A stretch of DNA of 64,000 bases, taken from NCBI GenBank assembly GCA_029856145.1, contig JAHQWK010000001.1:160001-224000 (forward strand). The letters run 5' to 3'. The translations under genes and the position numbers were made by a program. The notes beneath the pieces are model-generated. The model was not told where the DNA came from. It ran no database searches and saw nothing but the letters and a program-made list of their open reading frames with translations. Shown in pieces: positions 9,843-20,977 of the stretch (positions are counted from its first letter, which is position 1; each line of letters starts with the position of its first letter). The stretch is from Promethearchaeia archaeon (lineage in GTDB: Archaea > Asgardarchaeota > Lokiarchaeia > Sigyniarchaeales > SOKP01).

Positions 9843-9919
9843 TCTTTTTAATTTTGAAATAGATAATTAATTAAAGAATAGAAATCTTGAAAAAATAACA
9901 ACTATTTTACTGAATAGCT

Positions 9920-10099
9920 ATGATTGAAGAAGAAATGGATAAGCAAATTACCAAGATAATAAAAGAAGCTATTGGACAAATTTCTCATTCGAGGTGTAAT
10001 CACTCAGAATCACCCTATAGTAAGGATAGTCCAGATTGGGAGCCCAAGCGTATTCATTGTGGTACTGATAGATGTAAGGGACTTCATCAAAACAATTAA
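9920..10099 (+). CDS. Small Cys/His-rich protein (59 aa), absent from the supplied ORF track
   Basis: MIEEEMDKQITKIIKEAIGQISHSRCNHSESPYSKDSPDWEPKRIHCGTDRCKGLHQNN; co-oriented between acr3 and the next ORF, 8 nt before the next start. Confidence 0.5.
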   Translation: MIEEEMDKQITKIIKEAIGQISHSRCNHSESPYSKDSPDWEPKRIHCGTDRCKGLHQNN

Positions 10100-10107
10100 A
10101 ATATCTC

Positions 10108-10404
10108 TTGGATGTGATAAAGATTAGTGATGAAATAGATTCAGAAAAATTAAAAGTTGACATTTATGTCCCATTAGATGCGTGTGCGTGTGAATGGGAT
10201 AAATTTATGAATCGGGTATTTGTTGAACTAACACCTTTTATAAAACATATTGATTATGATACTAAGAATCTTAATTCAATAGAAGCTAAACAACTCAATC
10301 TACATAATAAATGTATAGTAGTAGATGGAAAGAAAATATTTTCTTCATCTTTTACACTCAAAAAGGAATTACCGAAACTTCTTAAAGCTAAAGGTCTTAT
10401 TTAG
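10108..10404 (+). CDS. Small thioredoxin-fold / ArsD-like protein with a CxC motif
   Basis: KVDIYVPLDACACEW..CIVVDGKKIF resembles Trx-like and ArsD topology; located in the arsenic locus. Confidence 0.55.
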   Translation: MDVIKISDEIDSEKLKVDIYVPLDACACEWDKFMNRVFVELTPFIKHIDYDTKNLNSIEAKQLNLHNKCIVVDGKKIFSSSFTLKKELPKLLKAKGLI

Positions 10405-10436
10405 TCTTTAGAATCTTTTTATAAAATTTAATTAAG

Positions 10437-10793
10437 GTGATTATAAAAATTAAGAAAATTAAGTTAACAATTTTTGCTCCAGATCCTGAAAAGAAGTTAT
10501 CAAATGGGCTTGATTACAATTTAAATATTGTTGAAAAAGGATCTATTATTGATGTCTTAAGCACTTTAGATAAACAAATTTATGATAATCCTGAAAAATC
10601 TATTTTCCCCATATATAAAGGCTTAATTCAAAGTTTTGTTCAGTTAATATGGGATGCTGAAGAGAATGTAATTTATGAGGATTGTGCGTTAAACGCTTAT
10701 GGACCACATAAAGAATTCATGCCTTTACATGATGATATAAATTTTAACTTATATCCTGATAGTGAAATAACGATAGTAGTCCATGCTGATTGA
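10437..10793 (+). CDS. Putative beta-grasp (MoaD/Urm1-like) protein; possible Sec readthrough to 10913
   Basis: KIKLTIF..GSIIDVLSTLD..NLYPDSEITIV pattern; ends in TGA-TGA followed by 38 open codons. Confidence 0.6.
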   Translation: MIIKIKKIKLTIFAPDPEKKLSNGLDYNLNIVEKGSIIDVLSTLDKQIYDNPEKSIFPIYKGLIQSFVQLIWDAEENVIYEDCALNAYGPHKEFMPLHDDINFNLYPDSEITIVVHAD

Positions 10794-11030
10794 TGAGCTG
10801 ATGTTATGAAAGAACGACCAGATTATGGAAAATTCAAAAGAGTTATTATGAAAATCTATGGAAAAAGCGATGAAAGATTTGCCCATTATTTTAAAACTAA
10901 AAGAAATAATTAATAAATTGGATGAGACTTTTCAAAAAATGCTAGTGAAAAGTTAACAATAGGATTGCTTCCTATAAAAATTAAATATATTCGAATTGTA
11001 TAAATAGACTGCCTTATATTTAAACATTAT

Positions 11031-12032
11031 ATGGATATTTTCACACATATGTTTATGGGGTTATTAGCTGGTTTATTTACATTAACCCTTTTAAGTCCAG
11101 AAGCAATTATCCTTTTATGGCTTATGACCTTTTTACCCGATTTTGATGTATTCTTGGAGCCACTCCAAAAAATACGAAAGATGTATTTTTTTTCACATAA
11201 AGCGGGTTCACATTCATATGTAATAGGTTTGTTTTTTACTGGAATTGTGAGTTTTATTATCTCTTTATTTATGGACGTTTCATTCTTAGAAGTTTGGACT
11301 GCTGGTTTCATCGGTTATAGCATCCATGTATCATTAGATTTCTTTGCTGCCTCGAAAATCCCAATTATATATCCGATCTCTAAAAAAGAGTTTCGATTTT
11401 TTGCGGATAGAGCTGTCAATCCACTACTAGCTACTTTTTCTGGTATAAATATTTTAGTTTTAATTGTAAGTTTCTTCATAAAATCCACTTATCAAGTATT
11501 TATGAGTCTTGCTTTTTTTTACTTATATATTTACATAATATATTTTGGAATTAGGGCTTTTTTAAGAATACTTATCCAAGTGAGCTTACCTAACAATCAG
11601 AAATACATTCCAGGCTTTTTTCCATTTTTCTATTTAATATATGAGAAAATAGAATCAAATAATAGCATTATGTTTAAATTAAAAAAATGTAATATATTTT
11701 CCTCAGAAAAACAAGAACTAATAAATCAGAAAATAGAGAAGGGTTCAAATGAAATTATCTTTTATGAATTAGCTAAATCAATTAGCCAAGAATATAGGTT
11801 CTTCCATAAATGGAGCCTAATCATTCCTTTTATTCGTCAGCATGAAGATTCAATTAATGTTGTTTTGATTTTGACTGAGAGTTATGCTCAATCATTACAA
11901 CACAAATCATTTAAAAGGAATATTTCTTCTTATTATCTCTCAATTACCTTTGATAAATATTCAAAACAATTCATTTCGAAAATAGATGGGTTTGGTTCTT
12001 TTAAAAAGTGGGAAAAATTCAAATTAGTATAA
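11031..12032 (+). CDS. Membrane-bound metal-dependent hydrolase (YbcI/DUF457-like)
   Basis: MDIFTH, LPDFD, HKAGSHS and HVSLD motifs with TM segments. Confidence 0.8.
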   Translation: MDIFTHMFMGLLAGLFTLTLLSPEAIILLWLMTFLPDFDVFLEPLQKIRKMYFFSHKAGSHSYVIGLFFTGIVSFIISLFMDVSFLEVWTAGFIGYSIHVSLDFFAASKIPIIYPISKKEFRFFADRAVNPLLATFSGINILVLIVSFFIKSTYQVFMSLAFFYLYIYIIYFGIRAFLRILIQVSLPNNQKYIPGFFPFFYLIYEKIESNNSIMFKLKKCNIFSSEKQELINQKIEKGSNEIIFYELAKSISQEYRFFHKWSLIIPFIRQHEDSINVVLILTESYAQSLQHKSFKRNISSYYLSITFDKYSKQFISKIDGFGSFKKWEKFKLV

Positions 12033-12208
12033 AATAAGACATATTAAATAAGGTTTTCAGATGTTTATTAGGCCTAGATTAAAAGAAAATTAAAAAAATT
12101 AAGAACGTTTAAAGATATCAATTTGGTACCAAATATATCTTAGATAAAAATAAATGTAAGTACTATATATAGAAACATAATGATAAAATAAAATTATATT
12201 AAATAAAT

Positions 12209-13423
<1,215 letters not shown>

Positions 13424-13493
13424 CATAAATATTCTTATTTTAGAATTTGAGGAAAAATCTTATTACTTTTTCAACTTTTAAGAAAATCACCTT

Positions 13494-14090
13494 ATGTTGG
13501 ATAATAAAAATCTCTCTTTAATTAGAGATTTCGCCTTTCTTAATTCAGAAAAAGATGATATTCATGGCTTTTCACATGTTAAAAGGGTGTACGATTTATG
13601 TCTCAAATTAGGTAAAAAATTAAATGCAAACTTATCTGTTTTGCAAATTGCTGCTCTGCTTCATGATATTGGAAGAACTCATGAAAAAAATATTACTAAT
13701 AATATAAAAAATCATGCTGAATTATCTGCTGAAATTGCTTCTGAATTTTTACAATCTCAGGCTTTTTCACTTTCTCAAGAAGAACATGAACGTATAATTC
13801 ACTGTATTAGATCACACTCATTCTCAAATAATTCAAATCCTCAGACTCTTGAAGCAAAAATATTATCTGATGCTGATAAATTAGATGCTCTTGGGGCTAT
13901 AGGGTTATACCGAACCATAGGATTTACTATACAAAATCACGGAGGAATTGACCAAGTAATTAATCATTTGGAAAATAAAATAATGAAATTAAAAGATCTA
14001 TTATATCTAGACATCAGTAAAAGAATTGCAGAAGAACGGCAGCAAATTATACTTAATTTTTACAACCAGATTAAAAAACAAAAAATTTAG
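13494..14090 (+). CDS. HD-domain phosphohydrolase
   Basis: H..H..RV, LLHDIGR, DADKLDALGAIG. Confidence 0.9.
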   Translation: MLDNKNLSLIRDFAFLNSEKDDIHGFSHVKRVYDLCLKLGKKLNANLSVLQIAALLHDIGRTHEKNITNNIKNHAELSAEIASEFLQSQAFSLSQEEHERIIHCIRSHSFSNNSNPQTLEAKILSDADKLDALGAIGLYRTIGFTIQNHGGIDQVINHLENKIMKLKDLLYLDISKRIAEERQQIILNFYNQIKKQKI

Positions 14091-14092
14091 AA

Positions 14093-14539
14093 TTATAAAG
14101 TTGAGATAAGTCTATATTGTTCTTCGGAGACTTTTTCTTTAATAACCTCAAAAAGCTCTAAAAGCACATTGTCAGGAGCTGCTGCCATAATATATTTCAA
14201 AGGACCGAATCTTTTTATTTTTTTAATAAATTGAAATCCCTTACTTTCCAAATGTTCCACGAGAGCCTCTAAATCGTCTGTTTCAATCCCTAAATGATGA
14301 ATCGCTCCTCGCCCATGATCCATAGGTGGTTGATCATAGAAATTAATTTTTGATGATCCAATCTGAATCATCACATTTCGCGATCCTGCCATTTCCAAAT
14401 CGAACAGAATTTTTGCTCCAAACATTTCTTCGTAAAATTTAATGCTTTCATCAACATTCGAAGCAAACAGATGAGCATGATGTAGTGAATTTCTCATAAT
14501 TTCTTCACATTTAATTATAAATTCATTTTTATTACTCAA
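14093..14539 (-). CDS. VOC/glyoxalase family protein
   Basis: LHHAHL..FYEEMFG, IHHLGIETDD, APDNVLLELFE. Confidence 0.88.
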   Translation of the reverse strand: MSNKNEFIIKCEEIMRNSLHHAHLFASNVDESIKFYEEMFGAKILFDLEMAGSRNVMIQIGSSKINFYDQPPMDHGRGAIHHLGIETDDLEALVEHLESKGFQFIKKIKRFGPLKYIMAAAPDNVLLELFEVIKEKVSEEQYRLISTL

Positions 14540-14550
14540 TAATTAATAAT

Positions 14551-17049
14551 TTAAATTAAATATGATCCCGTTTTTGATGCAATGTTATGCTTAATATCCT
14601 CTGGAGTACCTTTGGCGATTATTTCTCCACCTTTAGGACCACCTTCAGGACCTAATTCGATGATGTAATCTGCGTATGACAAGATTTCGGGATCATGTTC
14701 AATAATAATGACACTATTTCCTTCTTGTACTAATTGGGATAATAACTGCATTAATTTAACTACGTCATAAAACGATAATCCTACAGTGGGTTCATCTAGA
14801 ATATAGAGAGCATTACCTTTTCGAGCTTTTCCTAATTCTTTTGCCAGTTTAATTCGTTGTGCTTCTCCACCGCTTAACGTTGGAGCGGGTTGCCCAAGTG
14901 TAATATAGCTCATTCCAATCTCATCAAGAATTTTAAGTATCTTTGAAATGTTGGTTTGAGATCTGAATAATTCCAATGCTTCACTTACCGTCATGTCCAA
15001 CACCTCAGAAATTGTTTTACCTTTATATTTAATTTCTAAAATTTCTGGTTTATACCTTAAACCTTTACATTCTTTACAAAGGATTGTAAAACTACTAAGA
15101 AATGAAATTTGTAAATCTGTTTCACCAGTACCTTTACAAGAAGGACATCTCCCATTATCAGAATTATAAGAAAAATGTCCAGCTTTATAATTTCTCTTCT
15201 TTGCTTCTGGTGTTTTAGCAAATAAATTCCTAATTTTATCCCAGATTCCTATAAAAGAACATGGAGTAGAAGTTCTCACTCTCGAGATTGGTTTTTGATT
15301 TACCACAATTACTTCATCAATATTCTCCCATCCTTCAATAACACCAGAATATTCTAAAAGTTCATCACCATTTATTTCATTTTCACTATTGTTATCTGTT
15401 TTTTTTTGTGGCAAATCAACTCCTCGCTTGAAATATGGTGTTATCAAAGGAACTAAAGTATCTAATATGAGAGAACTTTTCCCTGATCCAGAAAGGCCAG
15501 CAATCCCAACCATCATTCCCAAAGGAATTTTCACAGTAATATTTTTTAGGTTATTTGTTTTTGCACTTCTAATTGTCAAAAATTTAGTATGTTTATCAAA
15601 ATTTTTACGTTCCTCAATAGATTTCTCTTGTAATTTAATATTTCCCCCTAAAAATTGCCCCGTATAAGAATTTTCTACTTTCTTTATTCCATCTAACATA
15701 CCTTGATATACTATTTCCCCTCCGTTAACTCCTGCTCCAGGACCAATATCAATTATCTCATCAGCAATATCTATGAAACGTTTATCATGTTCAACAATGA
15801 TGACAGTATTTCCTAATTCTTTCAATTGTTTTAATATATTAATTAGGGACTCTTTTTCTTGTTCATGTAAACTCATGCTGGGCTCATCTAATATATAAAT
15901 AAGAGAATCAAGACCAGCATCTAAATGAGTCATGAGAGACAACCGTTGAAGCTCACCACCACTCAGTGTAGGTAAGGAACGATTTAGATGCAAATATGAG
16001 AGACCAACATTGACCATGCGTTTTAAGCCTTCTAATAAACTATCTAACATTGATTTACCTTGTGGACTTTGTATATGTTGTTTACTTAGACCTCCCAAAA
16101 ATTTTACCAATTCATCAATAGTCATCATAGCTAACTTACCAATATGTTTATCTAAGATTTTAATCTCTCTAGCTTGTGTATTTATACGATAACCACCACA
16201 TTCTTCGCATTTTTTATTTGACATGAAATTTTTATGAATCTTTTGTCTTCTATAAGCACTTTTTGATTCTGAGAGAGCACGCTTTACATGTGGAATGATT
16301 CCTTCAAATTCTCTTTCTAAAATTCCAGTAAATGTTTTTGAATCCCACTCAAACGGTAATTTTTTACCACTACCATATAAGAAAACGTGCCTTACTTTTT
16401 CTGGCAAATTCTTATATGATGTTTTAATGTCAAAATCATAAAATCTTGGTAATTGCTCAACAAAACGGATTTGATCAGCAAAAACAGCCGAACCCGCTTT
16501 TGTTATTTGAATTAGGGTTCTGTTATTATCCTGAACGATTAAGGCCTCAGTAATATTCACAGTATAACCCCTTCCTTTACAAGCTAAGCACATGCCTGAG
16601 GGTTCATTAAACGAGAAATGTTTGATTTGCTTTCTGTCTACGACCATTCCACATAAATCGCAATCTAGATTATCATTAACAGGTTCCTTGCAGATAGGAC
16701 ATAGTAAAACACCTTCTGTAGCATAAAGCATTCTGAGTAAACCATAAATTCCTGTCTTAGTACCCACTGTTGAGCGTGGATTGAATACACGTGTGGTTCG
16801 TTGTTCCACTGCTACTGTGGGACTTAGACCTTCAATTAAATCAAAAGGTTTCTCATCTTCAAACTTTGGTGGAAAGCCGATAGATTGAAGATAACGATTC
16901 ATCCCCTCATCAAATATAATATCAAATGCAAGACTTGACTTTCCAGAACCAGATACCCCTGTAATTAGAATTATTTTCCCTTTATGAATATTTACATTAA
17001 TATTTTTTAAATTATGGATTCTTGCACCTATTATTTTTATCTGATTCAT
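14551..17049 (-). CDS. uvrA: Class II UvrA-like ABC ATPase (UvrA2/DrrC type)
   Basis: GARIHNLKN, two ABC modules (GVSGSGKSS and GLSGSGKSS, LSGGE twice, LDEP), Zn fingers; the first Zn finger CPIC-N9-CDLC lacks the UvrB-binding insertion. Confidence 0.92.
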   Translation of the reverse strand: MNQIKIIGARIHNLKNINVNIHKGKIILITGVSGSGKSSLAFDIIFDEGMNRYLQSIGFPPKFEDEKPFDLIEGLSPTVAVEQRTTRVFNPRSTVGTKTGIYGLLRMLYATEGVLLCPICKEPVNDNLDCDLCGMVVDRKQIKHFSFNEPSGMCLACKGRGYTVNITEALIVQDNNRTLIQITKAGSAVFADQIRFVEQLPRFYDFDIKTSYKNLPEKVRHVFLYGSGKKLPFEWDSKTFTGILEREFEGIIPHVKRALSESKSAYRRQKIHKNFMSNKKCEECGGYRINTQAREIKILDKHIGKLAMMTIDELVKFLGGLSKQHIQSPQGKSMLDSLLEGLKRMVNVGLSYLHLNRSLPTLSGGELQRLSLMTHLDAGLDSLIYILDEPSMSLHEQEKESLINILKQLKELGNTVIIVEHDKRFIDIADEIIDIGPGAGVNGGEIVYQGMLDGIKKVENSYTGQFLGGNIKLQEKSIEERKNFDKHTKFLTIRSAKTNNLKNITVKIPLGMMVGIAGLSGSGKSSLILDTLVPLITPYFKRGVDLPQKKTDNNSENEINGDELLEYSGVIEGWENIDEVIVVNQKPISRVRTSTPCSFIGIWDKIRNLFAKTPEAKKRNYKAGHFSYNSDNGRCPSCKGTGETDLQISFLSSFTILCKECKGLRYKPEILEIKYKGKTISEVLDMTVSEALELFRSQTNISKILKILDEIGMSYITLGQPAPTLSGGEAQRIKLAKELGKARKGNALYILDEPTVGLSFYDVVKLMQLLSQLVQEGNSVIIIEHDPEILSYADYIIELGPEGGPKGGEIIAKGTPEDIKHNIASKTGSYLI

Positions 17050-17068
17050 TTTTTTACCTCTTATTACT

Positions 17069-17734
17069 TTATTTTCTTTTTTTCAGCAATATGTAATGCG
17101 CACAATCACTATCCTTCAGTTTGGTCTTTACCATCCTAATTTCTGCCTCGATGACGCTAATATTTTCGAAAATGTCGGGATTTTCTTTTTCTTCACGGAT
17201 CTCCTTGATTTTTCTTTCTAATGGCTCATAATATTCAGTCCACCAGCAATCCTCAGGCCAGTTCAATTGTTTTATAAGTTCAAAACCACACTTAGTTATC
17301 AAATCTTGGTTCTTATCCATTGTCTTGATAGCTTGTCCAAGCACTAAATACCCTCCAACCTTGAGGATGCGATGGCACACTTTGAAGCTTTTCTTAAAAC
17401 CAATCAATTGCACCACACCTTCTTCCCAGATTAGGTCGAAATAATTATCTTGAAAATCATTCTTTAAAAGATCCATTCTTTTGGTTGTGATTCTATTTGT
17501 TAGGTTTCTTTCCTCTATCTTTTTGTTTAATTGATCTAAAAGACCTTTGTCAATATCTATCGCAATGATATCTCCATTGGTCAAGTTCGTAAGCTCGATG
17601 GTTAGAAGACCTGAACCACAACCTAGATCAAGTACTCTCGGTTTCTCCATCTTCGGAAGTGATTTAAATGCCTTTCTCGTGTATTTAAGAAAGTTTGACC
17701 TTAATTGTTGCGTGTATGATTCTTTATATGACAT
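17069..17734 (-). CDS. Class I SAM-dependent methyltransferase
   Basis: VLDLGCGSG, IDID, FDLIWEEG; start reassigned to the ATG at 17734 (MSYKES) to avoid overlap with the upstream gene. Confidence 0.88.
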   Translation of the reverse strand: MSYKESYTQQLRSNFLKYTRKAFKSLPKMEKPRVLDLGCGSGLLTIELTNLTNGDIIAIDIDKGLLDQLNKKIEERNLTNRITTKRMDLLKNDFQDNYFDLIWEEGVVQLIGFKKSFKVCHRILKVGGYLVLGQAIKTMDKNQDLITKCGFELIKQLNWPEDCWWTEYYEPLERKIKEIREEKENPDIFENISVIEAEIRMVKTKLKDSDCAHYILLKKRK

Positions 17735-17750
17735 TTTATTTTTTTCCTTA

Positions 17751-18179
17751 TTATTTTTTATTTGGATTAATTTTATTACCACAATCGTAGCATTCCGCAT
17801 CGTGAATGCAAATTTCACCTTCACAAATAGGACATGTATAGAGCTCTTCTTGCTCTTGGAGCCATGCTTCAACTCCAATCTCTTCAATTCTTTTTAGGCT
17901 TTTAATCATATTTACCGAATATTTCTCTTGATAATGAGTATCGATTTTTTGTAGCTTTTGACAAGGAAATTTATCACATTCATAACAAAATTCTAATTCT
18001 TTTTTTCTTAATGCGGGACAATCTCTTCTTATAAAAGTACAATTTTTATTCCTAATTCGACATCCCTTACAGCCTATTTTATACCCTCTCTCCTCTAATA
18101 GATCTTTTTTCCAGAGGAGGTACTGCCTACAAGCACCGCAATATATACCACAGGGCGCTGCTAAATTATTATCAACCAT
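17751..18179 (-). CDS. DUF3795-family Cys-rich protein
   Basis: APCGIYCGAC, CKGC, FCYECDKFPC, CPIC..CYDC. Confidence 0.85.
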   Translation of the reverse strand: MVDNNLAAPCGIYCGACRQYLLWKKDLLEERGYKIGCKGCRIRNKNCTFIRRDCPALRKKELEFCYECDKFPCQKLQKIDTHYQEKYSVNMIKSLKRIEEIGVEAWLQEQEELYTCPICEGEICIHDAECYDCGNKINPNKK

Positions 18180-18209
18180 TTTTTCACCATTTATACTTTG
18201 TAATATCTT

Positions 18210-19226
18210 TCAACTATAAAATCGTCTTAAAACTCTTAAGGCAAATAATGTAATCCATTTACTTTCCTTTCCCTTTTGTTCGATATTTGCTTGCATGCGT
18301 CCGTTGAAAGTTTTTTCCAGAATCCAACGACCATTTTCATTCTGCTTATCGATTACTAAATTAATAGCATCTAACATTCTGTCATCTTTATACCCTAATT
18401 TTGTTAATATATCTAAAACTTCCAAAGCATCAATCTTCCACATTAAAGGAAAACCAAATTGAGTCCACTCTTGCTTAGCCGCAGTACCCAAATTATGGCT
18501 TTGCTTGTATATATGATGATTAAACAAATATTCTGCTGCTTTATTAATTATTTCTTTTACACCATCTGATCTTTTATTCTGTGCAATTTCTGTTAGTGCT
18601 TTTAAATTTTTTACAACTCCCATGTGACATGTATGGGTACCCCAACAAGCTTCACCTTTCTTTGAGCCGATAATATAAGGCCAACCTTCTGGAGCGATTT
18701 TTATACCATCATCAAAGCGTTGATATTTAACAATCCAATATATTCCTTTTTGAACCCTAGGATCCTCTAAATACTCAAATCTAATAAGACTCCATAGCAT
18801 ATTACCTGTAAGACACGATAAAACTTTATTATGATCACCACCTCTACCCCCTTTATAGTATGCAAATGCTCCACTTGAATTATCCTGTGAATTTTCAAGG
18901 ATAAATTCGCATGTATTTTGAATTCTTTCATCCCTCCCATTAGCATAAAGTTCAGCTAATACGATGAATTGCCATACTGTTCCCTTATATTTAGTTCTGA
19001 TATAGTAGTTTTCAGCTGTTTCCCAATATCCCTCAACTCTTTGTTTGTTTAAAATTTTGGGAACGATACCATCAACCATGATTTTTTCTTTTGAATCTTT
19101 AACTTCAATATTGTTTTCATCCTTATCTAAAACATCTATTAGAGTTCGGTATCTAACCGAAGGATTATTCTCTTCTAATAACCAATCAATCGGATCTGAT
19201 TTAAGACATGATCTCCAGTTTTTCAA
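18210..19226 (-). CDS. Prenyltransferase/squalene-cyclase-like alpha-alpha barrel protein
   Basis: DPIDWLLEENNPSVRY and QW-like repeats KQRVEGYW and KQNENGRW. Confidence 0.7.
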   Translation of the reverse strand: MKNWRSCLKSDPIDWLLEENNPSVRYRTLIDVLDKDENNIEVKDSKEKIMVDGIVPKILNKQRVEGYWETAENYYIRTKYKGTVWQFIVLAELYANGRDERIQNTCEFILENSQDNSSGAFAYYKGGRGGDHNKVLSCLTGNMLWSLIRFEYLEDPRVQKGIYWIVKYQRFDDGIKIAPEGWPYIIGSKKGEACWGTHTCHMGVVKNLKALTEIAQNKRSDGVKEIINKAAEYLFNHHIYKQSHNLGTAAKQEWTQFGFPLMWKIDALEVLDILTKLGYKDDRMLDAINLVIDKQNENGRWILEKTFNGRMQANIEQKGKESKWITLFALRVLRRFYS

Positions 19227-19241
19227 ATTAATATTAACCTC

Positions 19242-20384
19242 TTAAATTTTGATTTTAGATAATTTTTTAAATAGTGATTCCTCTTGCTGAAGGATCTTTA
19301 ATGCGATAACCTGTAATTCACTAAGATCTACGTGAGCTAAACATTCGGATTTATATTCCTCAGCTGACTGCTTTAATGAATCAGCAAGAAGAGTCCAGTT
19401 TTTAGCGGAATCTCTAATAATAGGTAAAATCTCCTCTATGATCCTAAATTCTTCATTATGCCACGCTTTTGGTCCTTCTCTTAACTTAGGAGATGAAAGT
19501 AATTCTTCAAGAAAGCCTTTATATAAATTACGAAAGCTTGCCCCACCTGTGCCCCAAGTTTCTATATAACCATGTATCATTTCAAACATAAGTCTTGCAC
19601 GTGAGATTGTTCTTCCTGAAGGATCTTTTGTTTCACCTTTTAATTTCTCTTTCCATTCAGGAATCGATCGTGCAAATAATTTGAGCCCTTGAATTCCATT
19701 ATTATTCATTGAGGGTCTTAACATATTATTTACTACTTTTTGAATCGCAAGCTTAACACCTGCAGCTAAAGGAGGATGTTTCCCATCTAGTCTTCTTTGC
19801 ATAGAAAATTGCGTGTTATTTGGGCGCATAAATTTGGGACCGTGTTCAGAACTTCGGCCTTTCTTTAATTGCTCTATTGGAACCTCTTGAAATCCCTCAA
19901 ATTCAGAGTCTCCTACATAAGAAATGCCTTGTTCTTCATCATAACCTGCTAAAGTTATTGCATGGCCACCAAAATGGATATTTCCCTCTTCCTTAAAATA
20001 GGGCAGAAAACCTAAATCAATCTGAAGAATCAATGGAATATCTTCAACGATCATTTTTTTTGATTCTTCCCATCCTTTATCTGCACTTGTGAAAGATTGC
20101 TTTCTTAAAATTATTCCTAATAAGCGGCATGCCAATGAATTAGGCTCAATGGTTCCCTGTTTGCCTCCCAAAAAGAAGGGGATATCTGATTTGGGAATAA
20201 AAGACACGCTATTAGTAGTATCGAAAAATCCAAATCCCATTGTAGCATCCAAACCAAATGCCATCGGTTCTGACATGGGAAAACCATAAAATTCAAAAAG
20301 ATCTCTCATTGAAGAGGATTCACAATGATGTCCAACCCTATGGGTAAAATTATTTACTTTATGCTTCTGAACCAATCTTACCAC
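19242..20384 (-). CDS. BtrH-like papain-fold (C39-like) acyltransferase/peptidase
   Basis: GHHCESSSMRDL (catalytic Cys) and HFGGHAITLAGYD (catalytic His), followed by a helical C-terminal domain. Confidence 0.8.
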   Translation of the reverse strand: MVRLVQKHKVNNFTHRVGHHCESSSMRDLFEFYGFPMSEPMAFGLDATMGFGFFDTTNSVSFIPKSDIPFFLGGKQGTIEPNSLACRLLGIILRKQSFTSADKGWEESKKMIVEDIPLILQIDLGFLPYFKEEGNIHFGGHAITLAGYDEEQGISYVGDSEFEGFQEVPIEQLKKGRSSEHGPKFMRPNNTQFSMQRRLDGKHPPLAAGVKLAIQKVVNNMLRPSMNNNGIQGLKLFARSIPEWKEKLKGETKDPSGRTISRARLMFEMIHGYIETWGTGGASFRNLYKGFLEELLSSPKLREGPKAWHNEEFRIIEEILPIIRDSAKNWTLLADSLKQSAEEYKSECLAHVDLSELQVIALKILQQEESLFKKLSKIKI

Positions 20385-20931
20385 TTCCCTTTTTGATTTC
20401 TTCCAATACCCATTCTAAGAATTTAATATCAGCTCCTAATATTCTAATAGGGTGTTCAAATAAACCTCGTACATTTAATTTATTATGAGCATTATGTTTC
20501 AGCATTTTCTCCAGTTCCTTTTTATGTATCTTTATCTTATTTAAAGATTTTGTGAACACTTCTATTTGCTCTTCCTGAGACAGAACTGGAAGCATTGCAA
20601 AAGCAGTATAGAAATTATGATCATTTCTACCAACAAAATTGCTCAAAACATTATAGATTTGGGTTTTAAGCACTTCCTTTCCCTCTATTGTTATTTGATA
20701 AATTTTAACAGCACGATTATCTTCTTCTTCTATCCACGATTCAACTAATCCTTTTTTTTTTAAATTCTTCAATACTCCGTAAATCGATGATCTTCCAATT
20801 GCTGTCCAACTTCGCATTCCTCTCTCTTCAATTCTCTTATTTATATCTTTCCCATGACATGGATGTTCAGCTACTAACCCAAGAACAACAAAGGATACAT
20901 GACTCAATCCTATAATTTCTTCTTCTGACAT
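20359..20931 (-). CDS. PadR family transcriptional regulator
   Basis: VLGLVAEHPCHGKDI, SSIYGVLKNLKKKGLV, KIYQITIEG. Confidence 0.9.
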   Translation of the reverse strand: MSEEEIIGLSHVSFVVLGLVAEHPCHGKDINKRIEERGMRSWTAIGRSSIYGVLKNLKKKGLVESWIEEEDNRAVKIYQITIEGKEVLKTQIYNVLSNFVGRNDHNFYTAFAMLPVLSQEEQIEVFTKSLNKIKIHKKELEKMLKHNAHNKLNVRGLFEHPIRILGADIKFLEWVLEEIKKGSGKIGSEA

Positions 20932-20977
20932 TGCACTTAATTACTATTATGATTTTAAATTGATTCTATATTAAGAC

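Noticed and set aside
9969-10163. 64-aa minus-strand ORF in the track
   Set aside because: Antisense to the co-oriented plus-strand ORFs 9920-10099 and 10108-10404; probable shadow
17735-17887. N-terminal extension of the methyltransferase ORF
   Set aside because: Overlaps the DUF3795 gene in another frame; the ATG at 17734 gives normal operon spacing
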